From Leptogorgia sarmentosa (taxonomy: Eukaryota), in contig OZ210885.1 of the NCBI GenBank assembly GCA_964658305.1, forward strand, positions 12,834,001-12,898,000: a stretch of DNA of 64,000 bases, in the 5' to 3' direction. The notes under the pieces were generated by a model that saw nothing but the letters and a program-made list of their open reading frames with translations, had not been told where the DNA came from and searched no databases. Below, in pieces: positions 47,401-59,300 of this stretch; the first letter of the stretch is position 1, and each line of letters begins with the position of its first letter. Both the position numbers and the translations under genes were made by a program.

Positions 47401-47588
47401 CGCCGTACGCACAACTTGACAAATCGAAGAGAGTTCCTATTGCTGCAAATTATCAAAGTTTGACTGTTGAGAAACATCAAGCACAATCACACAAAGATTT
47501 TCAACAGCATTCTACACCAAACATGAGTAGCAATGGAACTGGAAGTAGTGATTCTCCGAAAGAACTTGAATACGTGATAGTTCCCTGA
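38454..47588 (+). CDS. Type I membrane receptor (~826 aa): signal peptide, two degenerate YWTD/LDLR-class-B-like propellers, four Ca-binding EGF repeats, TM and a Tyr-motif tail (LRP/pro-EGF-like)
   Basis: Exons 38454-38508, 40225-40603, 41200-41582, 42063-42182, 42512-42893, 43928-44304, 44381-44500, 45220-45342, 46073-46195 and 47170-47588. All are GT-AG, phase-compatible, and total 827 codons. Signal MFTFLIAMFAALVFIRNAS; propeller motifs LYVFD, IYFVS, IYWIS, LYFTD, VYWTN; EGF DIDEC..CH.NATC.N..GSY.C.C; TM IGIIIGIVVAAVVVVAVVIFTVCILF followed by KRK. AATAAA at ~47896. Confidence 0.88.
38775..39549. mobile_element. Tc1/mariner-type MITE, almost entirely palindromic (intron 1 of the receptor gene)
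   Basis: TA|CAGGGTGTAT...ATACACCCTG|TA with ~350-bp TIRs. A related end fragment lies at ~46605-46720. Confidence 0.9.
40666..40975 (+). mobile_element. Crypton-like repeat copy with most of the hairpin deleted
   Basis: Near-identical to 55703-56060 apart from the deletion; IR AATATCATTGT / ACAATGATATT. Confidence 0.65.
43290..43800. mobile_element. MITE with ~90-bp TIRs and a 7-bp TSD (P-like?); truncated second copy at ~46350-46600
   Basis: TIR GCCGTTGAACAAAGACCTCAACGGGTAGTACCC...GCCCACGCTGGACTATCG; TSD AGTATTC at 43283-43289 and 43801-43807. Confidence 0.8.
45500..45950 (-). pseudogene. Degraded IS3EU/integrase-core-like transposase fragment in an intron
   Basis: The minus strand reads ...TFRKRLRCLGLK... 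and RLHRRTY*SKEANVCWHLYG, resembling the RRLxRRxYxSxGPNxxWHxDGxDKL motif. Contains stops and frameshifts. Confidence 0.5.
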
Positions 47589-48940
47589 CAATCTATGACC
47601 TTTCTGGTCAGGCTCATGTCTTCATGTCGCTTTGCCCGCGCGAGCTGAGCGAACATGTTGTACTTTTCGTTAAGGGTGTTGAATATTAGCGTTCCTTGTC
47701 TGATTTTGCCCGCGGGGACACGCTTACAAGCTGAGCTTTGTTCAACTTTCTTGGCGTGCGCGCTGTACAACTTACTTTTACGAGATGGCAAAGCGACTGT
47801 AATGGAAAGCGCCCTTAGTAGAGTATATATATATTTGTTTTGTAATTTTTGGTATGTCTCTCCATACAGTAAATTTTTGCTGCATGGAATGCTCCAATAA
47901 ATCGTAGTTGCATCTTTAATATAACAGTCTGAACTTAACTATATGTCAACGTCATGTCCCTAAGGACGTTATTAACAACCGTTCAGTTTGAACCAATTGA
48001 AACAAGTTGCGATGTGTCTGATAATGATCATTTTTATTCGTAAAAATGAAGCAATCCGATTGGCTAATACGGCTTTCGCAGCGGGGCGTTGTGAACCTCT
48101 GCGAAAAATTGTAAACTGAAAGAACAAAAATTGTATTTTAAGAAATATATGATGATATATTATTGATAAAATTGATTTGCTCGTTGAAAAAACATTCTGT
48201 TCACTCTTTCTTTTCCACAGTTTGTTTTGTCCTTTGCTCGGGAGTAAATGGCCGTTCCGAAGTTTTACCCGGCCTCGCCCCTAGCTTACGCCCGGACGAC
48301 GCTTCGCGCCGGCAGATAAATTTTTTGGGATCACTTCGCGGCTTGGTTACTAAGCATTCATTTACTTTATTATGTTGTATTGCAAAATCTATTCATATAA
48401 AAGGTTTTTACCGGCAATTTTGCAGAGCCTCGCTAGCTCAGGGGTTACGGTCCCCGTTTACACGGCACCAGATAAAAATTTTGTCCGGATAAGTATTTGT
48501 ACTGATACAAATATTTGCCACATTGGGTCCCCATTTACACGGTGCGGATCAATTATTTCAGTCGTTGTTCGACAGAGTACGGATTTGCTCGGACTTTGCT
48601 CGGGCGTTGCTCGGACTTCAGCGGCAGCGCCACATTTAGCCAACCTTGCAGCCATATAGGGCTGGTGAAGTATCTTGGACAATTTCATTAAATTTTCGTT
48701 TTCTATTTCGATGAAAATTGGATTTTAGCACGAGTAAAGCCATTTTAAGCATCTCCACACCAGATAGTTAACAATAGTATTGTAGTAAATAGAAATACAA
48801 AATGATTCATTTTCAGACAACTGCGCTATATTAAACATATACAAATGGCTTAAATGATGTGTCAACGATAAAAGGAAACTGGAACGAATCCGTACAAATA
48901 TTTGTTCTGATTGGCGTTCACACAAATATTTGCTTTCGAA

Positions 48941-49300
48941 ATGAGCCAGACTAGATCTAGAAGATTTAGCACTTCTACTTATAAATGAATAACGTGATTG
49001 ATAGACGACATTGAATGAGTGGTTATTTTCCATCCCTAAGTGCAACTATTGGAGTGAGCATTCATGTTGCCTTCAAGACGTTTTATGCGCTTCATGCAAT
49101 TCAAAACATTTCGGTTGCTAGCTCGTTGTGTCAGTCTAGCACATTATAAACACAATTCGTATCAAATATCATTATTTCATTTCATGTGTGTCGCGGCTTC
49201 AAAGAAATGTTCCCATGCAATGCGATTTTTCCATAACAACTACGGCCTCATTCTTTTGGGCACCACTACATTTATTACAATCACCAAAACATTTTACATC
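48941..49300 (+). repeat. Local duplication (second copy at ~50800-51160)
   Basis: ATGAGCCAGACTAGA...GATTTAGCA..CCTAAGTGCA..CACCACTACATTTATTACAATCACCAAAA is nearly identical in both copies. Confidence 0.85.
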
Positions 49301-51785
49301 GTTTTCAGAGTAAAATAATAAAGTACATGGATTGGAGTTAATGAGTTCAAGCATTGACAATCAAGGTTATCTGCTTCAGTACCAATAAACATTTTCATCA
49401 TGCACTAATGTAACCCAGAGGTATTCACGAGATAGAGGCTTTGGGAGATTGGCGATATATTCTGGTTTACTATTTTATAGCTAGATTTCCACACCTATTT
49501 TTATTCCAAGTTAATCCATGACACTATATAGTATCTATTACTAATTTTGAATGTTTTTCAAGTCATAATTTTACAGTTACGCCAACTAAATTATAACAGG
49601 CACTCAGGCAGGCAAAACGATGTGTAATGCAATCTATAATTAACACAAGTCGTAGTAGAAAGAGGCCATATTCAACTTTCGATACTCTTGATTGAAGTTT
49701 TATTTGTTTCCCAAGCAACATACCATGTATTTTTAACGTGTCAGGTTTCAATATTTTCTCGCATTGCTCTTGGCATACGTGCAGCCTAATGCTTTATTTC
49801 CGCTTTCGTTTTGAAACTAAAAGAAGATTATCTATTTGGGTTCCGAAGTCTTTACACTTTTATGTTTAGTACTTTGAACGTAAAGACCGTACGATATAGC
49901 ACAAGAAAAGATTTATTCAAAATGTTGCGATAGACATACTCAAATAAAGGTGAGAAACATCATATTTCTAGTATCAATTTGCCAACGCGATTATTGTGGA
50001 ATGCAGACTGTGTACACTCGCAAATGCCTTTGGAATGTGGCGCAAAATGATCTTCAAATATGCTATACAATACGATAAATGTGAATTATTCTAAGATGGA
50101 TAAATGTATAATGGGGCACGGATTCCAATTGAATATTTCCCGTTTCAGCGTGTTGTATAATGCTACCTACACATGTTATTGTTATAGCTTGCATTACCAT
50201 AAGACAAGGGAAAGGCACAAACAAGGTCTACTCATATTTATTGAAATATGCAATACGAGACATGACTCAGAATGATTTGGAACTATTGCAAAAATATTGT
50301 AGGTTTTAAAACTGAGAAGGTTAACCTAAAATAATTTTTACATATCGCTTCCATATAATGCACTGATATAATGACTGATTATTAGTGTGAAATTTCATAA
50401 TATGCGCTGAAATATTCTCACTGTTATGATGTGAGATATCTGCTGATTCACCTACAAGTATCAGTTGCCTTTGTTCGTGGAAATCACAAAAAGGTCTTGA
50501 TCCTGATTTATAGATTCATAGATTACTATACACAGAGTTGCAGTAAATATACATACAGGTAATGTTTCTGCTAGACCAGGTCACTGAACTTGAGTTGCAT
50601 ACTATATTTTTTGGCTTCGGAGTTAATTACCATCTCAAGAAAGGACGAAGTGGGGTGTGTACTAAGAAATTACTGAGAACTGACAGTAAATTTGATAAAT
50701 TAATATATGCACAACGCAGACGTATATCAGTGTTTGAAAAGCTGCGATACAAAAACGCGGAACTTTATGGACTTATGGAGGTCGAGGTAGGCTTAGGAAA
50801 TGAGCCAGACTAGAAGATTTAGCAGTTCCACTTATAAATGAATAACGTGATTGATAGAGACGACATTGAATGAGTGGTTATTTTCCATCCCTAAGTGCAG
50901 CTATTGGAGTGAGCATTCATGTTGCTTTAAAGACGTTTTATGCGCTTCATGCAATTCAAAACATTTCGTTTGCTAGCTCGTTGTGTCATTCTAGCACATT
51001 ATGAACACAATTCGTATCAAATATCATTATTTCATTTCATATGTGTCGCGGCTTCAAAGAAATGTTCCCAATGCGATTTTTCCATAACAACTACGGCCTC
51101 ATTCTTTTGGACACCACTACATTTATTACAATCACCAAAATATTTATTACATCGTTTTTCTGTTTTGCTTTATCTCACATCACTGAAAAGATCGTAGCTA
51201 CAATAATATCAAACATACTTGACCTTCAAAGCCATTGAGATTAGGTATTGTGCGCAAAGACGCGTTGAGACAGATATTTGCCAGATGTAATGTTTTAGCT
51301 TGCCACTCAAGTGATACTGCATGTAGTGAGGATTTAACTTGAAAAATACGTCGATCAAGATCTGCGTATGAAATTTGTTTCACATTAAGTTAGGATGAGT
51401 AAACAAGAAAGTGGTTTCCATTTGACAAATAAAATTGTATGGCATCAGAAAATGTGAATAATAATTAATAGGACCTACAGTGTCAAGATGGATTGCAATT
51501 TAGTGTGTTTACTCATGGGTTCACCACGCGTTCTTCTTCTCAATTAAATTCATAGAAGATCATTGTTGTGGAACAAAAATCTTTACACTTTTTTGTTTCG
51601 TACTTTTCTCCGGAAAGACTGTACGTTGTGACACAAAACGATATTTGCTGTATTAAACTGAATCTTTCGATCGAAATGTAACATTCCTAGCTTGACTCGA
51701 AGTTTAAGTCGCGCGCTGTAGTTAGGATAAACATTTAGAGATTGTAATGAGGGTAGTATCGCATAGCTCTTGGCTACTAGACTGT

Positions 51786-52381
51786 TGTCGCGTAACTTAG
51801 TGCGATTTGAGTCACGCTGGTTGCTGGCTCACGATCCAAGACACAAACCATGTGGGACTGTAGGTTTTTGTAGATTTTATTTTATAGTACAACTATTTAC
51901 ACTTGATTAGTGCACGTCGTTTATAATATCACAGATATACGAAGACTAACACAATTACGCTCACAATTCATTCACTCACTCCAACTCTCCACAATGCGAT
52001 GCAATCAGTACTGCCAATGCAATACACAATGCCAACAATCATTCCAATACCAATCTCAATACCAACAACACACACACACACACACTTTTATAATACACAA
52101 ACAGGGATACATATTTTTCTCCTACAAGTTTCCTCAACGTAAATGGAACACGTTTATGCTGACTGTGTTCCTACTTTGTGGTTCATAATCTAGTTATAAT
52201 CTACCACGCCGTCCCGAGTCATGTCCTTGACGTTCGTTTGTGGGATCGGGCGTGTCATTACGATGCATATTTTCCATTTTAAATTCATGCTTCTATATTG
52301 TTTATAAGTACATATATATTTTGACATAGACATTTACACATACATGGACATTTTTTGACACACTATACACATTTTACGACA
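51786..52381 (-). mobile_element. Solo LTR (596 bp)
   Basis: Termini TGTCG...CGACA; 5-bp TSD ACTGT at 51781-51785 and 52382-52386; AATAAA on the minus strand at ~51876. Confidence 0.8.
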
Positions 52382-54108
52382 ACTGTGATAATCTCCACTT
52401 TCATTTTGAGCCTCCAAGATTATATTTTAGAGCAGAAGTCTTAGTGAAATGTGGGCAACTGTGATGTATTTAGTGAAATAAAGGCAACAAAAGTCATAAC
52501 TCTACCTGGATTTCACAAACTCGATTAATGTGGAATGCAGACTGTATGTGCTTGCGATTGGTTTTGGAAATATAGTAAAAAACCCTGAAATAAACCTTCG
52601 AGAAATATGGGAGATATTCTAAAATAAATGTTTAATGGTGCACGGATTTGAATTGAATAGCTCTTGTTTCAGTTGTGTTCTATAATGTTACCTAATCATA
52701 TTTATTGAAATACAATACGAGACATGGCTGCATGCAGAATGATTTGAAGTATTTCCAACACTACTGTAGTTCTAAATGATTAAAAATATTAAATTCCTCA
52801 AATTCAAATTGTCCAATCCAAAGACCGTATTTCTATCACGTGATAGGTTGCTTTTTCCGGGTATTTCGCTTAGAAAATGAGAAATTTTCTGTATCTCACT
52901 TTTAAAATCTTGCGTTGCCATGACAACTACGAATCTCATTAATACACAAACAATTCAAACATGCCGGAAGCTGTAGATATCGATTTCATGAGCGCGTACT
53001 GATGTATTCTTGACTTGGTCATTTCTATTTTTGGTATAACATATCATTCATTTATATACCCTCCGCTCGAGTGATTCGACGAATATTTCATTGAATCACT
53101 TTCGCTCCGGGTGTATAAATGATAAAGGTCACTTAATTAACATATTACATATCGCTTCTATAATGATAATGGCTGAACTGATTATTATATGGTTTGTAAT
53201 TTGCGCTAAAATATTATGACTGCAGGTCATGACCTGAGATATGTACAAACTCATTTTACACTCTAACACCTTGGACGTGAATATGGCAACAGGGTGGTTC
53301 AAAGCTTACGGGTGAGCCCAGTTAAGGTCGAGATCGAGGCTAGGAAAAACGATCCAAATTAACGCATGTATAGAAAAATAAATAAACTCGAATAAATTGT
53401 ATCGTATATTAACCAACTTCGTACTCGTACAGTCGTAATATAAGATGTATAGAAAAAAACGCGAAACGTGATGTAACACGCAGTTAAAAACTATGTATAA
53501 TAAGAATAACTTACAGATGTTTCCCCAATAGCTAATAGACTTTACTACTTTAGCTACTTTACTTTATCTTTCGACACTTCCGTGTAGATTCTCACTCCAG
53601 GAAAACCTACATACTGCTCGATGTTGGGCAGCAGCACACCTTTTCTCTACGTAAACTCCTAAGTACCTCAATTCCTAACTATACTGTCTAACAAAGATAC
53701 GAACATAAGTTTCCTGTTTCCTGTCGTCGATCACCATGGATAAGAAAATAGCCTATGGCAGTTCCAATCCTACATTACTTATAATGGGGAAAAATGGTGG
53801 TTCAGTAAGAGGCTAAAGTCTTTACTATATTTCTTTCCAGAAATTTTATCGGTAATGTCTTATTTAACGCCAAGTAAAACCTCATGGTTGCATTAACTTT
53901 TTGTTTAAATACCCTGTAGCTATGGATGTCCAGCTGATTCGTTGCCGATTCTTGTCAGCATTTAATCAGCTGACAAAGTCTCAGGCAAACCACTCGTATA
54001 AAACATGTTCCAAAACTTTAATAAAAATCATACCAATAGTTTCAGTGTCATTTTCTATTAAATCTCTTTATTAGACCCCTTTACTGTAAACGATCAGGTA
54101 TTATCTCG

Positions 54109-55702
54109 GGCATGTTGTAAAAGCTGGACTGGACTGGACTTGTAAAACCTGGACTGGACTCATTTGTAAAACCTGGACTGGGCTCATTTGTAAAACATGG
54201 ACTGGACTCATTTGTAAAACATGAACTGGACTCATTTGTAACTACTTTTCACAGTACTATTAAATTTTAGGTTTTTCAAATGGAAGAACAGTGTCTTTTT
54301 TACTAAATATAGGTCATTTAGTGCCTATTGAAATGTAATTATTTTATTACAGCGGTAAGTATATATTACTTATATTATTTTTGTGTATATATAGACACAC
54401 CACTACTGGAGCCGGAGAGTTCAAAACACTGAGCACACTGCTGTACAGTTTATCTATAATGAATGATATATTCTGTAGCTATAGTATCTAAGGAATAATT
54501 ACATTTTATAATTAATATTATTATTTATTTCAAATAATTCAAGAGTTTTGATTGGTTAGGAGCAGTGCAATAAATCCTCATATACGACATTGTGACGTAA
54601 TTATGTCGCATATTGAAAATTATACGACATTATGACGTCGACTAATTTATTCTGCATATGCCAAAAGCGGGAAAATTGTGCAAAATACAAATGGCTTCCT
54701 CAAAGGAAAGGTTCTTCCAAACGTTTATATTGAGTTGAAATAAATTTGTTTGATTTAATTTTTGTTTAGCTATGTTGAATTGTTCGACTGCGACCTTGAA
54801 ATGTACAACAGCTATAAGAACATTTTCTCTTGTAGTCTGATTGGCTTATTCAGTCTTGCGAACACTATATTATTAGAGACCTTAAGATTGGCGTTCACGG
54901 CAAACCGCGAACCGCAGTCGTACGTTGGCGTTGCCGTCAGCGGTATACGATTTTTAGAAGATTAAGATCTGTGGGTTTACTGCAGTGTGAAAAATTCAAG
55001 ATGGCGGCGGCCTAATATGTATGTTTTTGCTTCACAAATGACTTAAAATAAACGCTTAAAGGATATAAATCAAATATTTGATTTGTTAATATAATTAGGA
55101 AATACGTTTTAAGTATTCTATCTGAATTTTGACAGTAATAATAGCAAAAAAAACTTGCAGTAAGTGACTTACCTCTGGAAGCACCTCCTCACGTTGAAAC
55201 GTGGACCGCAAACGGCAAAATTTACCGCAAGCACTCGTCACGTGGCTTCTTGACGTTTGCGGTGAAAAAAATACGCCAATCTTAAGGTCTCTATTGTTGT
55301 AATATATACTTACCGCTGTAAGTAATATATACTTACCGCTGTAATAAAATAATTACATTTCATTAGGCACTAAATGACCTATATTTAGTAAAAAAAGACA
55401 CTGTTCTTCCATTTGAAAAACCTAAAATTGAATAGTACTGTGAAAAGGTTTCTATTTTAAGTATTTTTGACCAGATTTAGTCCAGTCCATGTTTTTCAAA
55501 TGAGTCCAGTCCATGTTTTACAAATGAGTCCAGTCCAGGTTTTACAAATGAGTCCAGTCCATGTTTTATAAATGAGTCCAGTCCAGGTTTTACAAATGAG
55601 TCCAGTCCAGGTTTTACAAATGAGTCCAGTCCAGGTTTTACAAATGAGTCCAGTCCAGGTTTTACAAGTCCAGTCCTGTCCAGGTTTTACATGCAACATG
55701 CC
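54109..55702. mobile_element. Foldback-like element: TIRs built from 24-bp tandem repeats plus ~125-bp unique arms
   Basis: Ends GGCATGTTG / CAACATGCC. (TGTAAAACCTGGACTGGACTCATT)n on the left is mirrored by its reverse complement on the right. Inner arms ~54246-54370 and ~55321-55447 are inverted. Confidence 0.8.
54875..55292. mobile_element. Harbinger/ISL2EU-type MITE nested in the foldback element
   Basis: TIR AGAGACCTTAAGATTGGCGT / ACGCCAATCTTAAGGTCTCT; 3-bp TSD ATT. Confidence 0.75.
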
Positions 55703-56060
55703 GGAAATTACACGGTTCGAGAAGTATTAATGAAAAATTGCACGCGTACTTTTGGCGAAATACCGCGAGTGCGAAGCACGAGCGGTATTTCGCCAAACAC
55801 AAGTGCAATTTTTCATTAATACTTCGAGAAAAAGTGTAATTTCGTATTAATATCATTGTAGTACACGTTCACTAACCTTTTTTGTCCAAAGTTGACAATA
55901 AATAACAAAAAAAACAAGAATTTTAGCGTTGATTCAAGCGTTTATTTATTCGTTTTTATAATGTATCGCGGGCTCGAAACCTGTGCAATTAAGTTTAATT
56001 CGCACAGTTGTCGAAGCTTTTCAGCCAATCAGCGTCCAGGAAATTGACAACAATGATATT
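55703..56060 (+). mobile_element. Crypton-like element (terminal hairpin plus IR pair)
   Basis: Hairpin GAAGTATTAATGAAAAATTGCAC..TTTGGCGAAATACCGC / GCGGTATTTCGCCAAA..GTGCAATTTTTCATTAATACTTC around a GTGCGAAGCAC apex; IR AATATCATTGT / ACAATGATATT. Confidence 0.65.
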
Positions 56061-56313
56061 AAACGAGAAAATTACTGAATTTAGAGAGTATATTTAACAC
56101 GATAGAGACATGAGGGCTTTCACGCGGGTTGCGTGGATTACGCGGGAAATTAAAAAACAAAATGAGTCTTTGGATGAATGCAATTAAACTCGATAAAATT
56201 TATCTTTTTATTGTTTTTAAACGGCTATTTAATACAGAACATAAAAAATATTTTTCCGGGGTTTCTATATCTTATAGAAACACTTGTGAAAGTTTGCGAG
56301 AAACTCGAAAGGC

Positions 56314-59300
56314 GTGGTTCAACATTACTCACCCCAAGAAGTGGTTCAACATTACTCACCCCAAAGAGTGGTTCAACATTACTCACCCCAAGAAGTGGTT
56401 TAACATTACTCACCCCAAAGAGTGGTCCAACATTACTCACCCCAAGAAGTGGTTCAACATTACTCACCCCAAAGAGTGGTTCAACATTACTCACCCCAAG
56501 AAGTGGTTTAACATTACTCACCCCAAAGAGTGGTTCAACATTACTCACCCCAAAGAGTGGTCCAACATTACTCACCCCAAAGAGTGGTTCAACATTACTC
56601 ACCCCAAGAAGTGGTTCAACAGTACTCACCCCAAAGATTGGTCCAACATTACTCACCACAAAGATTGGTCCAACATTACTCACCCCAAAGATTGGTTCAA
56701 CATTACTCACCCCAAAGATTGGTTCAACATTACTCACCCCAAAGATTGGTCCAACATTACTCACCCCAAAGATTGGTCCAACATTACTCACCCCAAAGAT
56801 TGGTTCAACATTACTCACCCCAATGAGTGGTCCAACATTACTCACCACAAAGAGTGGTCCAACATTACTCACCCCAAAGAGTGGTTCAACATTACTCAAC
56901 CGGGCCCCAAGGGGTGGTTCAACATTACTCACCCCAAGAAGTGGTTCAACATTACTCACCCCAAAGAGTGGTTCAACATTACTCACCCCAAAGAATGGTT
57001 CAACATTACTCACCCCAAGAAGTGGTTCAACATTACTCACCCCAAAGAGTGGTTCAACATTACTCACCCCAAAGAGTGGTTCAACATTACTCACCACAAA
57101 GAGTGGTCCAACATTACTCACCCCAAAGAGTGGTTCAACATTACTCACCACAAAGAGTGGTTCAACATTACTCACCCCAAAGAGTGGTTCAACATTACTC
57201 ACCCCAAAGAGTGGTTCAACATTACTCACCCCAAAGAGTGATTCAACATTACGCACCCCAAAGATTGGATCAACATTACTCACCCCAAAGATTGGTCCAA
57301 CATTACTCACCCCAAAGAGTGGTTCAACATTACTCACCCCAAGGGATGGTTCAAAATTACTCACCCGGGCCCCAAGAGGTGGTTCAAAATTACTCACCCA
57401 GGCCCCAAGGGGTGGTTCAAAATTACTCACCCGGGCCCCAAGGGGTGGTTCAAAATTACTCACCCGGGCCCCAAGGGGTGGTCAACATTACTCACCCCAA
57501 AGAGTGGTTCAACATTACTCACCCCAAAGATTGGTTCAACATTACTCACCCCAAAGAGTGGTTAATTCAACATTACTCACCCCAAAGAGTGGTTCAACAT
57601 TACTCACCCCAAAGAGTGGTTCAACATTACTCACCACAAAGAGTGGTTCAACATTACTCACCACAAAGAGTGGTCCAACATTACTCACCCCAAAGAGTGG
57701 TTCAACATTACTCACCCCAAAGAGTGGTTCAACATTACTCACCCCAAAGAGTGGTTCAACATTACTCACCACAAAGAGTGGTTCAACATTACTCACCCCA
57801 AAGATTGGTCCAACATTACTCACCCCAAAGAGTGGTCCAACATTACTCACCCCAAAGAGTGGTTCAACATTACTCACCACAAAGAGTGGTTCAACATTAC
57901 TCACCACAAAGATTGGTTCAACATTACTCACCCCAAAGAGTGGTCCAACATTACTCACCCCAAAGAGTGGTTCAACATTACTCACCCCAAAGAGTGGTTC
58001 AACATTACTCACCCCAAAGAGTGGTTCAACATTACTCACCCCAAAGAGTGGTTCAACATTACTCACCCCAAAGAGTGGTTCAACATTACTCACCCCAAAG
58101 AGTGGTTCAACATTACTCACCCCAAAGAGTGGTTCAACATTACTCACCCCAAAGAGTGGTTCAACATTACTCACCACAAAGAGTGGTTCAACATTACTCA
58201 CCCCAAAGAGTGGTTCAACATTACTCACCACAAAGAGTGGTCCAACATTACTCACCCCAAAGAGTGGTTCAACATTACCCACCCCAAAGAGTGGTCCTAC
58301 ATTACTCACCCCAAAGAGTGGTTCAACATTACTCACCCCAAAGAGTGGTCCAACATTACTCACCCCAAAGAGTGGCTCAACATTACTCACCCCAAGGGAT
58401 GGTTCAAAATTACTCACCCGGGCCCCAAGAGGTGGTTCAAAATTACTCACCCGGGCCCCAAGGGGTGGTTCAAAATTACTCACCCGGGCCCCAAGGGGTG
58501 GTTCAAAATTACTCACCCGGGCCCCAAGGGGTGGTCAACATTACTCACCCCAAAGAGTGGTTCAACATTACTCACCCCAAAGATTGGTTCAACATTACTC
58601 ACCCCAAAGAGTGGTTAATTCAACATTACTCACCCCAAAGAGTGGTTCAACATTACTCACCCCAAAGAGTGGTTCAACATTACTCACCACAAAGAGTGGT
58701 TCAACATTACTCACCACAAAGAGTGGTCCAACATTACTCACCCCAAAGAGTGGTTCAACATTACTCACCCCAAAGAGTGGTTCAACATTACTCACCCCAA
58801 AGAGTGGTTCAACATTACTCACCACAAAGAGTGGTTCAACATTACTCACCCCAAAGATTGGTCCAACATTACTCACCCCAAAGAGTGGTCCAACATTACT
58901 CACCCCAAAGAGTGGTTCAATATTACTCACCACAAAGAGTGGTTCAACATTACTCACCACAAAGATTGGTTCAACATTACTCACCCCAAAGAGTGGTCCA
59001 ACATTACTCACCCCAAAGAGTGGTTCAACATTACTCACCCCAAAGAGTGGTTCAACATTACTCACCCCAAAGAGTGGTTCAACATTACTCACCCCAAAGA
59101 GTGGTTCAACATTACTCACCCCAAAGAGTGGTTCAACATTACTCACCCCAAAGAGTGGTTCAACATTACTCACCACAAAGAGTGGTCCAACATTACTCAC
59201 CCCAAAGAGTGGTTCAACATTACTCACCCCAAAGAGTGGTTCAACATTACTCACCCCAAAGAGTGGTTCAACATTACTCACCCCAAAGAGTGGTTCAACA

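Noticed and set aside
53240..53780. Second solo-LTR-like segment
   Set aside because: No TG...CA pair with a matching TSD was found.
55496..55699. ORF with (CKTWTGLI)n
   Set aside because: It is a translation of the 24-bp repeat in the foldback TIR.
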